Shown: positions 8,311-15,934 of the stretch, piece after piece
Layout: every line of letters starts with the position of its first letter
Position numbering within the stretch: the first letter of the stretch is position 1
DNA from: Candidatus Levybacteria bacterium RIFCSPHIGHO2_01_FULL_37_33
GTDB lineage: Bacteria; Patescibacteriota; Microgenomatia; Levybacterales; UBA12049
NCBI GenBank assembly: GCA_001782085.1
Contig: MFNM01000022.1
Location: forward strand, 1-43,564
Reading direction: 5' to 3'
DNA length: 43,564 bases
Program-made: the position numbers and the translations under genes
The notes under the pieces: model-generated
Told to the model about the DNA's origin: nothing
Seen by the model: the letters and a program-made list of their open reading frames with translations, nothing else
The model's database searches: none

Positions 8311-8861
8311 TGGTTATGACTTATCAGAATGGGTTAACCCGAGAACAGGTCATACGCCATAGGCTGACCAAAGAAGAGGTTATAAGCCGAATTACAGAGA
8401 TTTATCATGCTGGCTATGATCTGAATTCTGAGTTTGATGTTTGGGATCAGCTTTTAGCCTGCGAATCGCTTGCGGGAACAGAAGCTAAAGAACAAGAGAG
8501 TTATGGAAAAACGAAAGAAGACGTTAGTGTTAAATGGAGTGTTAATGATATCTATAAACAAAACACTAACTTTGAGTTAACTGAAAGTAAACAAAAAGCT
8601 ATCGTAGAATTAGAAACATTTACCTACGAAACTCCGCCTATTAAAATCGCCCAGCTTTTAGAAATACTATTTGCTGAATACAATTCAAAGAACTGGTGGT
8701 GGCTTGTTGTTGCCCAACAATGGAATCCCAGAGCTATAAATCGTGTAATTAAACGGATGATTAAGCTCCACACATCCGGAGTCGTAACAATACAAAACCC
8801 AGCCGCTTATTTTACTTACCTAATTAAACTTCGCAAAAAAAGAAGGAGTGTTTATAAGTAG
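8310..8861 (+). CDS. Hypothetical protein, possible replication/initiator-like
   Basis: GTG start preceded by GAAGGAGAA. The C-terminal IQNPAAYFTYLIKLRKKRR resembles the xPxAYFxxxxK tail seen in phage/plasmid replication-associated HTH proteins (weak). Confidence 0.4.
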   Translation: MVMTYQNGLTREQVIRHRLTKEEVISRITEIYHAGYDLNSEFDVWDQLLACESLAGTEAKEQESYGKTKEDVSVKWSVNDIYKQNTNFELTESKQKAIVELETFTYETPPIKIAQLLEILFAEYNSKNWWWLVVAQQWNPRAINRVIKRMIKLHTSGVVTIQNPAAYFTYLIKLRKKRRSVYK

Positions 8862-8863
8862 CA

Positions 8864-9094
8864 ATGATACCTGTAAACAAAAATACTAAAGACACTGAAA
8901 GCACCCTGTATATGGATGAGGTGGCAATAAAGGAATTTCAGGAAATGTATTTACAAAAACACGGACAAAAACTAACCAGCGAAGAAGCATTAGAACTTGG
9001 AACACGACTTATAAACTTTGTGAAAGCGGTATATGGCAATAATTTACCGAAGCTAAAAACACTTGACATAGGCACAAAAAAGAGTGATACTTAG
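8864..9094 (+). CDS. Hypothetical protein
   Basis: 76-aa ORF, tightly packed after the preceding gene. Confidence 0.4.
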   Translation: MIPVNKNTKDTESTLYMDEVAIKEFQEMYLQKHGQKLTSEEALELGTRLINFVKAVYGNNLPKLKTLDIGTKKSDT

Positions 9095-9191
9095 AAAGTA
9101 CTCAAGGTTTTACCGGTTGCCTTTTTTAATGGCTGTCTTGGGCAATCTGAGCAATCGGTTTGAGTACACCAGGGCAGCCATTTGAAATCTT

Positions 9192-10955
9192 ATGGATATA
9201 CAAATTACTCTAAAATACATCGGATATGCCCGTAAATCTTCTGAAGACAATAAGGAGCGGCAGGCTGCTTCACTCCCTGAGCAGCTATACGCCCTTGAGG
9301 GTATTAAGGCAAAACATAATCTTAGTGTCATTGAAGTTCTACAAGAATCAAAATCCGCTCATAAGGCAGGCAGAGAAATATTCAATACTATGCTTGAGGA
9401 CATAGAGATGGGTAAGGCAAACGCAATCCTAACGTGGCACCCCAATAGACTATGTCGCAATCCACTTGACGCAGGGCGAATTATTTACTTGATGGATGAA
9501 GGGAAGCTTATTGAAATACGGACTCCTTCTCGGTCATACCGAGATAATTCTGATGATAAGTTTTTTCTTTCGCTTGAGTTTGGTATTTCAAAGAAAGACA
9601 GTGATGATAAAAGCATTGTGGTTGAGAGAGGGCTTGAGAAGAAGGCACGAGATGGCTGGAGACCAGGAGTCGCTCCGCAAGGCTATTTAAATGATAAAAC
9701 TACAGAAAGTGGTTTTAGGAAAATATTAACAGATCCAGAAAGATTTCCGTTCGCTGTAAAAATCTTTGAGTTATTCCATGCAGGCATACCAGCAGTAGAA
9801 ATTCACAGAATTGCAAAAGACGAATGGCACTTTACAACTCGTCAGAAGAAACGACTTGGAGGAAAGCCATTATCTTTAAGCATGATATACGCAATTCTTA
9901 CAAACCCCTTTTATTGCGGTAAGTTTGAATATCCTGTTGGAAGTGGGAAATGGTATGAAGGTCAGCATGAAAAAGCAGTGAGCGAAGAAATGTTTAATGA
10001 AATCCAAGTGAAACTTGGACGTAGAAGTCAATATAAATTAAAACACCACGAATATGCTTATACTGCCCTCATGCGTTGCAGTTTTTGTGATTCAGGTATA
10101 GTGGCGGAGCAGAAATGGCAGTGTATTTGTACAAACTGCAAGTTAAAATTCTCTCTTACTAAAAATAACCGGGACAAATGTACTGGATGTGGCACATTGA
10201 TAGAAGAGATGGTAAAACCAAAGCTACTTCATTATATTTATTATCGCTGCGGAAGAAAGAAAGACCCGGCTTGTAGAGAACGAGCAATAAGAATTGATGG
10301 ACTTGAGCAACAGATTGATGAGAAACTCTCTCAAGTTGAGATTTCCCCTCTCTTTATGGACTGGGCAATACGTCAAATTCACAAGATGAATGACAAGGGA
10401 CGAGACTTCAGGGAAGATGCTATAGAGGGTATTAAGCGAGCTCACGATGCGTGTAGAGCCAAACTTGATAACTTGCTTAAGCTCAAAATCTCGCCTGCAA
10501 ATAGTGATGGGAGTTTATTAAGTGATGAAAAATATAGAGAGGAAAAGACAACATTAGAGCAAGAATTAAAAAACATACAGCAACAATTAGGAAATGTAGA
10601 TGAGCGCATGATCCAAGCGAACAATGATACAGTAAAAGCCTTTAATTTTGTCACAAGAGCAAAGGAGAAATTTGCAGGCAACGACTTGAAAGTAAGACGG
10701 GATATTTTCATGGGACTTGGGTTGCACCTAAAGCTACAAAACAAAACAGTCCTGTTTGACAGTCCAAAGTACATTATGACGCTTAAAAAGATGAAAGAAG
10801 AAGCTCCGGTGATTGCGGAACGGGTCGCACCTGAGAAAGAGGTTGTTATGAAGCCTCAAATGGAACAAAAGTTCGCCTCAATTCCTGCTGTGTTGCGGGG
10901 CCAGGAGTTGCGCCTGGCCTATGAGATTATGCAACTGTTGTCTTCAATTACTTGA
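9192..10955 (+). CDS. Large serine recombinase (integrase-type)
   Basis: 587 aa. Resolvase-type catalytic N-terminus (GYARKSSEDNKERQAASLPEQ), recombinase domain, Cys-rich zinc-ribbon region (CSFCDSG...CTNC...CTGCG) and a long C-terminal coiled coil. Confidence 0.9.
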   Translation: MDIQITLKYIGYARKSSEDNKERQAASLPEQLYALEGIKAKHNLSVIEVLQESKSAHKAGREIFNTMLEDIEMGKANAILTWHPNRLCRNPLDAGRIIYLMDEGKLIEIRTPSRSYRDNSDDKFFLSLEFGISKKDSDDKSIVVERGLEKKARDGWRPGVAPQGYLNDKTTESGFRKILTDPERFPFAVKIFELFHAGIPAVEIHRIAKDEWHFTTRQKKRLGGKPLSLSMIYAILTNPFYCGKFEYPVGSGKWYEGQHEKAVSEEMFNEIQVKLGRRSQYKLKHHEYAYTALMRCSFCDSGIVAEQKWQCICTNCKLKFSLTKNNRDKCTGCGTLIEEMVKPKLLHYIYYRCGRKKDPACRERAIRIDGLEQQIDEKLSQVEISPLFMDWAIRQIHKMNDKGRDFREDAIEGIKRAHDACRAKLDNLLKLKISPANSDGSLLSDEKYREEKTTLEQELKNIQQQLGNVDERMIQANNDTVKAFNFVTRAKEKFAGNDLKVRRDIFMGLGLHLKLQNKTVLFDSPKYIMTLKKMKEEAPVIAERVAPEKEVVMKPQMEQKFASIPAVLRGQELRLAYEIMQLLSSIT

Positions 10956-11189
10956 AGTGTCGGACTATATCTTCATCCCTATCTTTTAAACAGAGAGCCC
11001 AGCGTATAGTCTCTACGGGTTTCCCGATATCTCGTCGAGATCTTCCCTCGGTATTGTCCTTTCGAAGCTTTACGCGCGAGAGGATTTCACCGATATAGCT
11101 GAGTTAACTTCCATAAATTTATGAAAGAGCCCATCTTTGAGCCTCATGTGCACTGTACACTACCCCGCGTGTAAGTTCATTATACCAAT

Positions 11190-11218
11190 TTGACCTCAAT
11201 CTGTCCAACTGTTAAAAT
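11190..11218 (+). promoter_or_regulatory. Sigma-70-type promoter of tRNA-Met
   Basis: TTGACC (11190-11195), 17-nt spacer, TAAAAT (11213-11218). The tRNA starts 11 nt downstream. Confidence 0.55.
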
Positions 11219-11228
11219 ATGTGGGCTT

Positions 11229-11300
11229 GCCAACGTAGCTCAGGGGCAGAGCGGACGTTTCATAAGCGTCATGTCGCTGGTTCGAATCCAGCCGTTGGCA
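11229..11300 (+). tRNA. tRNA-Met (anticodon CAT; Met versus Ile2/initiator not resolved)
   Basis: Hand-folded cloverleaf: acceptor GCCAACG/CGTTGGC, D arm GCTC..GAGC, anticodon stem GACGT/GCGTC with loop TTCATAA, T arm GCTGG-TTCGAAT-CCAGC, discriminator A. CCA is not encoded. Confidence 0.9.
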
Positions 11301-11328
11301 CACTTCGACTCACTTCGTTCGCTCAGTG
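11301..11328 (-). repeat. REP-like 28-mer, inverted copy of 2078-2105
   Basis: CACTTCGACTCACTTCGTTCGCTCAGTG abuts the tRNA 3' end; 26/28 match to the reverse complement of 2078-2105. Confidence 0.8.
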
Positions 11329-11539
11329 CAAGCAAAAGCTGGAATAGAAAAAATAAAATAAAGATTTTAAAACTAGATATTTAAGACGTAGGTTCCACAA
11401 CCCCAATTTTTAAGATTCGAGTCAAATCCGCGGAGCAAATTTATAATGTTGCATAATTACTCACTAAACACTTCCCATAATAATTTCCCACATAGTTAGC
11501 CAGAGGGAACTCGAAATAACATCATGTTATAATCTCCCT

Positions 11540-12016
11540 GTGGTTTTAGAACGAAGATATTTATCAAGGGAGGAAATTCTTCGAGATGGTATCCTGCCTC
11601 ATGGAAAACGTTTCATGTTCCTCGAAAGCGTCGAGGTACTTGAGCCAGGAAAGAAAGTGCGAGGAAAACTTGTTGACAGACGACTTCCCGAATTTTCTTA
11701 TCTCGTAGATCACATTCCAGAATACCCTATTTTTCCTGGAGCATTAAGTCTTGAAGCGCTTGCAGAACTTTCAGGAATTGCAGTCCTCTCTGGATTTCCA
11801 ACGGATAGCAATAAAATCGGAGTCTTGCGTAAAGGTGTTATAGAACTTTACAAACCGATAGAACCTGAAGATGATATTGATCTTGAAGCAGAAATCTTAT
11901 TTTTCAAAATGAGCACAGGAAAAACTAAAGTAAGAGCTCTTAACAAAGATGAAGTTGTTGCTGAAGGAGAAGTAACATTCATGCTTGTTGATAAATCGAA
12001 AAATCCAACTGAATAA
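11540..12016 (+). CDS. FabZ/FabA-like hotdog-fold dehydratase
   Basis: ILPHGKRFMFLESV...DHIPEYPIFPGALSLEALAELSG parallels the FabZ signature LPHRxPxLLvD...GHFPxxPvmPGvLxxEAxAQ. GTG start lies 6 nt after TGTTATAAT. Confidence 0.7.
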   Translation: MVLERRYLSREEILRDGILPHGKRFMFLESVEVLEPGKKVRGKLVDRRLPEFSYLVDHIPEYPIFPGALSLEALAELSGIAVLSGFPTDSNKIGVLRKGVIELYKPIEPEDDIDLEAEILFFKMSTGKTKVRALNKDEVVAEGEVTFMLVDKSKNPTE

Positions 12017-12097
12017 TCATTCTAACTCCCTACATCCGTGGGACTTAACTTTTAACCGCGATTGATTATAGACGTCCTGTTTTGTATAATCCTGTCT

Positions 12098-13081
12098 ATG
12101 AGAGAAAGAGCGGAACGGATTCATGTCTCAGCGAATATTGAAGCAGAGAGAGTTCCTGGGCAGATTATATATCTTTTTCCTGGTCAAGGAGTGCAAAAAG
12201 TTGGGATGGGGAAAACTTTATATGAAAACTCCGAAATTGCGCGGAAAATTCTTGATCAACTAAAACCAGAGCTATTAGATGTCATGATTAATGGGCCGTG
12301 TGGAGATCAACCTATTAATCTACTCGATGATACCGCAAATGCACAGCCTGCCATAGTCGCAGTCAGTTTAGCAACTTATTTTGCGTTTCTCAAAAAAAAT
12401 CCTTCATTTGGGGAAATACGACCCCTTGCCTTTTTGGGACACAGTACCGGTCAAATGAGTGCTATGGGAGCGGCTGGTGTTATAGATGTAGAAACAGCAT
12501 TGCATATGGCAGCTGAAAGAGGAAAATTAATGAAAGAAGTAGGTGAGAGGAAAGAAAACAAAGGCGGCATGCTAGGACTTTTAGGGGCAACTTTGGAAAA
12601 AGCAGAATCGCTCTGTGCTGAAACCTGCGAAGCGCTTGGAGAAGAAGGTGTATGGGTTGCGAATGATAATACAGTAGACCAGATCGTTTTAAGTGGCAGA
12701 GAAAGCCATATTGTATATGCTGAGGCTCATACAGAAGAAGCGGGAATAAAAAAAGCGAAAAGCCTTCGTGTTTCAATTGCTACACATTGCCCTCTGATGA
12801 AAGAAGCACAAGATATGTTCGCGCAATATCTAGCTCACATCAAGTTTGGCAGACCTACTTCTCCCATTATTCTAAACACAACGGGAAAGTTAACTTCGGA
12901 TCCTGATAAGATAAGAGCAGATTTAGTTGAGGGTTTCACTAAAGGGGTTAGATTTAGAGAGGGCCTAGAAGAAGCGAAAAAAATTGGAGCTACTAGTTTT
13001 GTTGAGATCGGTAAAGGACCATTATCGGATTTTGTAGACAGAGCAATACCAGATTCAAAGCAGTTTCAAATAACTACGTAA
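12098..13081 (+). CDS. fabD: Malonyl-CoA:ACP transacylase-like acyltransferase
   Basis: FPGQGVQKVGMG and GHSTGQMSA (GHSxG nucleophile elbow) at the spacing typical of FabD. ATG lies 7 nt after TATAAT (12085-12090). Confidence 0.75.
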   Translation: MRERAERIHVSANIEAERVPGQIIYLFPGQGVQKVGMGKTLYENSEIARKILDQLKPELLDVMINGPCGDQPINLLDDTANAQPAIVAVSLATYFAFLKKNPSFGEIRPLAFLGHSTGQMSAMGAAGVIDVETALHMAAERGKLMKEVGERKENKGGMLGLLGATLEKAESLCAETCEALGEEGVWVANDNTVDQIVLSGRESHIVYAEAHTEEAGIKKAKSLRVSIATHCPLMKEAQDMFAQYLAHIKFGRPTSPIILNTTGKLTSDPDKIRADLVEGFTKGVRFREGLEEAKKIGATSFVEIGKGPLSDFVDRAIPDSKQFQITT

Positions 13082-13145
13082 GCTCATTTTTTTTGATATA
13101 GTTTTATATATTGCTTTGGCGGCAATTATTTTTTATTATCAAGCC

Positions 13146-13346
13146 ATGGCAAATCCCGAAGCGATTTGTGGAAACTGCAAGTTTTTTGATCGAAACGGAG
13201 CTGACAGCAACCCAATCGGCAAATTAATTGGTCCAAATGGTGAAGTAATTAAGGGTTTATGCAGGGCTCCAAGAGGACTTCTTCTTGGAGAGAGACTTAC
13301 TATTCAAAACTGTACAATGCCGGACGGTACATTTAAATCACGGTAA
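13146..13346 (+). CDS. Small Cys-containing hypothetical protein
   Basis: MANPEAICGNCKFF... has 4 Cys (CxxC plus two distal), possibly metal-binding. Start chosen at an internal in-frame ATG. Confidence 0.4.
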   Translation: MANPEAICGNCKFFDRNGADSNPIGKLIGPNGEVIKGLCRAPRGLLLGERLTIQNCTMPDGTFKSR

Positions 13347-13435
13347 AAAGTTATTTTTGAAGCGCAACAAATTACCTCTCAAGCATCGCCTGCTCCGACT
13401 CAAGCCCCCGGTGTGTTATAATTTTTCTCACCTCT

Positions 13436-14236
13436 ATGGTTAATAAGTCGATTGGTATTATTGATTCTGGAATAGGCGGGCTTTCGATTTGGAGAGAAAT
13501 TGTTAAAGAACTTCCAAAAGAATCCACTATTTACTTAGCCGATTCAAAGAATTGTCCATATGGCAGCAAATCCTCGGAAGAAATTTATCAACTTTCCAAA
13601 AAACTAGTTACATTTCTGGCTCAAAAGAAAGTTAAATTAATAGTTTTAGCTTGCAATACAATAACAGTTTCCTGCTTATCTAAATTAAGGATAGAGTTTC
13701 CAAAAATACCGATTATAGGAACAGTCCCCGTAATAAAAACAGCTTCAGAAATTACCAAAAATAATAAAATCGGAGTTTTATCAACTGTAAGAACAGCAAA
13801 AAGCAAATATCAGAAAAAATTAATACAAACCTTTGCCGGGGGAGCAAGGGTTTTGAATATTGGTACAGATAAGCTTGTCCCGATTATCGAAAACGAGGAG
13901 ACGAACATGATTAAGATCAATAAGATTTTGAACGAAGAACTGAAACCCTTCCTGGATTTTAAAATCGATACTTTGGCTCTTGGCTGTTCTCATTTCCCGT
14001 TTTTGAAAAAAAAGATGCAAAAAATTTTAGGCAAGAAGATTCTAATTTTGGATTCTTCAGCGGCAATTGCAAGGCAAATTGAAAGAGTTCTTAAAAACAA
14101 TAAAACACTTTCGGTATATAATAGTCGTAGTTATGTTTTACTGACAACCGGAGATCTTGAGAAGTTCAAAAAATTATCAAAAAAACTGTTGGGAAAAAAG
14201 TTCAAAAATGTTGCAATAAAAAGTATATCTTTATGA
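13436..14236 (+). CDS. murI: Glutamate racemase
   Basis: IGIIDSGIGGLSI, LACNT and GCSHFP motifs; overlaps the murD start by 4 nt. Confidence 0.9.
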   Translation: MVNKSIGIIDSGIGGLSIWREIVKELPKESTIYLADSKNCPYGSKSSEEIYQLSKKLVTFLAQKKVKLIVLACNTITVSCLSKLRIEFPKIPIIGTVPVIKTASEITKNNKIGVLSTVRTAKSKYQKKLIQTFAGGARVLNIGTDKLVPIIENEETNMIKINKILNEELKPFLDFKIDTLALGCSHFPFLKKKMQKILGKKILILDSSAAIARQIERVLKNNKTLSVYNSRSYVLLTTGDLEKFKKLSKKLLGKKFKNVAIKSISL

Positions 14237-15711
14237 TAAATAAATTTAAAAACAAGAAAATTGCGGTGATTGGGCTTGGAATAGAAGGTTTATCAAGTGT
14301 AAAATTTTTTAAAAAACAAGAAGCAAAAGTTATTGCTCTTGATCAAAAACCCTCCTTCGCTAAAGCTTCGAAGGGCAGGCAGGAAAAGATAATGCTCGGT
14401 AGAGATTATTTGAAGAATCTAGATCAGTACGATCTTGTTGTAAGAAGTCCGGGAGTTAAGCTAGGGCTTTTAGAAAAATATATATCAAGAAATAAGATAA
14501 CTTCGCAAACTAAGCTTTTTTTTGACCTTTGCCCGTGCCCGATTATTGGAGTAACCGGCACAAAAGGGAAGGGAACCACAGTATCTTTGATTTACGAAAT
14601 GCTGAAAAAGCAATCCTCCTCCGCTAAAGCTTCGGGGGACAAGGGCTTAGATGTATATTTAGGAGGAAATATCGGTAAGCCTCCTTTGGATTTTTTGGAC
14701 AAATTAAATCCTCAGTCCATTGTTGTTCTGGAATTGTCCAGTTTTCAGCTGCAGGATCTTACCAAAAGCCCTCATATTGCTGTCGTTCTTATGATAACAA
14801 GCGAGCACCTCGATTATCACAAAGATACACATGAATATGTTAATTCAAAAAGAAATATTCTTCGTTTTCAAACCAAAGAGGATCTTGTAATTATAAATAA
14901 AGATTATCCGGCAAGCAATGAATCACATATTCATACAGAAGGAAAAGTTTATGAGATAAGCCGAATTGGAAAAGTTAAAGAAGGGTGTTTTGTAAAAGAT
15001 GGAAAAATTATTGTCAGGGTTTCTCGGGGTCCTGTCAAAGGTTTCCTTCCCGTCGATGCTCGTTCTAGCCTCTCAAGTTCGGACGAACTCCGCGTCGCCG
15101 GAAACCCTTCCACCTTTGCCACCCCTCGATTTGGAACTGCGGAAATAATCAAAACTAAGGATATTCTTTTGCCAGGAAAACATAATCTAGAAAATGTTTG
15201 CGCGGCTGTTATGGCGGCGCTTCTTTCTGGTGTTTCAAAAGAAAACATTGTAGAGGTTCTTAAAACTTTTAAGGGACTTGAGCATAGGCTTGAGCTTGTT
15301 TCGGAAATAAATGGGGTAAGATTTTATGATGATTCTTTTTCTACAATTCCAGAGACGACTACCGCGGCAATTGAGGCGTTTTCGGATCCCGAGATTTTAA
15401 TACTTGGAGGGTCGAGTAAAAATAGTGATTTCAAAAAATTGGGAGAAGTAATTTCAAATTCAAGAAATATAAAAGCGATAATAGGAATAGGAATGGAATG
15501 GAAAAGAATAAAATCCCAAATCCAAAATCACAAATCACAAAAGATTATCGAGGGATTAAAAAATATGAAAGAGATTGTCCAGAAAGCTGCATCAATATCA
15601 GAGCTGGGGGATGTGGTTTTGCTTTCTCCAGCCTGCGCAAGCTTTGACATGTTCAAAAACTATAAAGACCGCGGAAACCAGTTTAAAGAAGAAGTGGGAA
15701 AACTTATTTAA
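14233..15711 (+). CDS. murD: UDP-N-acetylmuramoyl-L-alanine--D-glutamate ligase, carrying four in-frame repeat insertions
   Basis: N-terminal Rossmann IAVIGLGIEG, P-loop GVTGTKGKGTT, Mur ligase C-terminal domain. About 45 aa longer than typical MurD because of the insertions listed below. Confidence 0.9.
   Translation: MINKFKNKKIAVIGLGIEGLSSVKFFKKQEAKVIALDQKPSFAKASKGRQEKIMLGRDYLKNLDQYDLVVRSPGVKLGLLEKYISRNKITSQTKLFFDLCPCPIIGVTGTKGKGTTVSLIYEMLKKQSSSAKASGDKGLDVYLGGNIGKPPLDFLDKLNPQSIVVLELSSFQLQDLTKSPHIAVVLMITSEHLDYHKDTHEYVNSKRNILRFQTKEDLVIINKDYPASNESHIHTEGKVYEISRIGKVKEGCFVKDGKIIVRVSRGPVKGFLPVDARSSLSSSDELRVAGNPSTFATPRFGTAEIIKTKDILLPGKHNLENVCAAVMAALLSGVSKENIVEVLKTFKGLEHRLELVSEINGVRFYDDSFSTIPETTTAAIEAFSDPEILILGGSSKNSDFKKLGEVISNSRNIKAIIGIGMEWKRIKSQIQNHKSQKIIEGLKNMKEIVQKAASISELGDVVLLSPACASFDMFKNYKDRGNQFKEEVGKLI
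14350..14383 (+). repeat. Small palindromic element (core CGCTAAAGCTTCG), in frame in murD
   Basis: CCCTCCTTCGCTAAAGCTTCGAAGGGCAGGCAGG with stem CCTTCG/CGAAGG; translated as PSFAKASKGRQ. Confidence 0.8.
14614..14645 (+). repeat. Second copy of the CGCTAAAGCTTCG palindromic element, in frame in murD
   Basis: TCCTCCTCCGCTAAAGCTTCGGGGGACAAGGG; translated as SSSAKASGDKG. Confidence 0.8.
15040..15140 (+). repeat. GC-rich insertion of about 100 nt, in frame in murD
   Basis: Outer stem GGTTTCC (15040)/GGAAACC (15100) and inner palindrome AGTTCGGACGAACT (15075-15088). Visibly more GC-rich than the rest of the gene. Translated as GFLPVDARSSLSSSDELRVAGNPSTFATPRFGTAE. Confidence 0.7.
15511..15543 (+). 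repeat. Heptamer array AAATCCC/AAATCCA/AAATCAC x2, in frame in murD
   Basis: 7-nt periodic A-rich array translated as KSQIQNHKSQK. Confidence 0.7.
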
Positions 15712-15733
15712 TAATATGTTATTATTTTAGTAA

Positions 15734-15934
15734 ATGGAATTTCTTTTCATGATCCATAAGCCTCATTTGAAAGTATTCTCTGCTGTTTGTTCAAACTTCG
15801 TGGTAGTTTGGATTATTGGAGCTTTTGCGACTAGAGAGCTTTTTGTGTTGACCAGTAATATTCTTGCTGCTATACTAATGTGGTACGCTGCCGCATGGGC
15901 AGAGAAAGAACTGGAGAGAAATTATGAATCTTAA
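15734..15934 (+). CDS. Small membrane protein
   Basis: 66 aa with two hydrophobic helices. Confidence 0.45.
   Translation: MEFLFMIHKPHLKVFSAVCSNFVVVWIIGAFATRELFVLTSNILAAILMWYAAAWAEKELERNYES

Larger units (their letters stand above)
6092..10955. mobile_element. Phage/plasmid-like integrative module (non-coding block, TerS-like, DUF5659-like, Rep-like, large serine recombinase)
   Basis: Co-oriented small genes of mobile-element type end in a large serine recombinase 270 nt from a tRNA gene. Boundaries are not determined. Confidence 0.5.

Noticed and set aside
11229-11300. Search for a duplicated tRNA 3' segment as attL/attR of the recombinase element
   Set aside because: By eye, I found no second copy of GGTTCGAATCCAGCCGTTGGCA, or a substantial part of it, anywhere in the window.
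11190-11384. 64-aa ORF in the six-frame track
   Set aside because: It is laid directly over the tRNA-Met gene, its promoter and the REP-like 28-mer. The tRNA cloverleaf explains the sequence.
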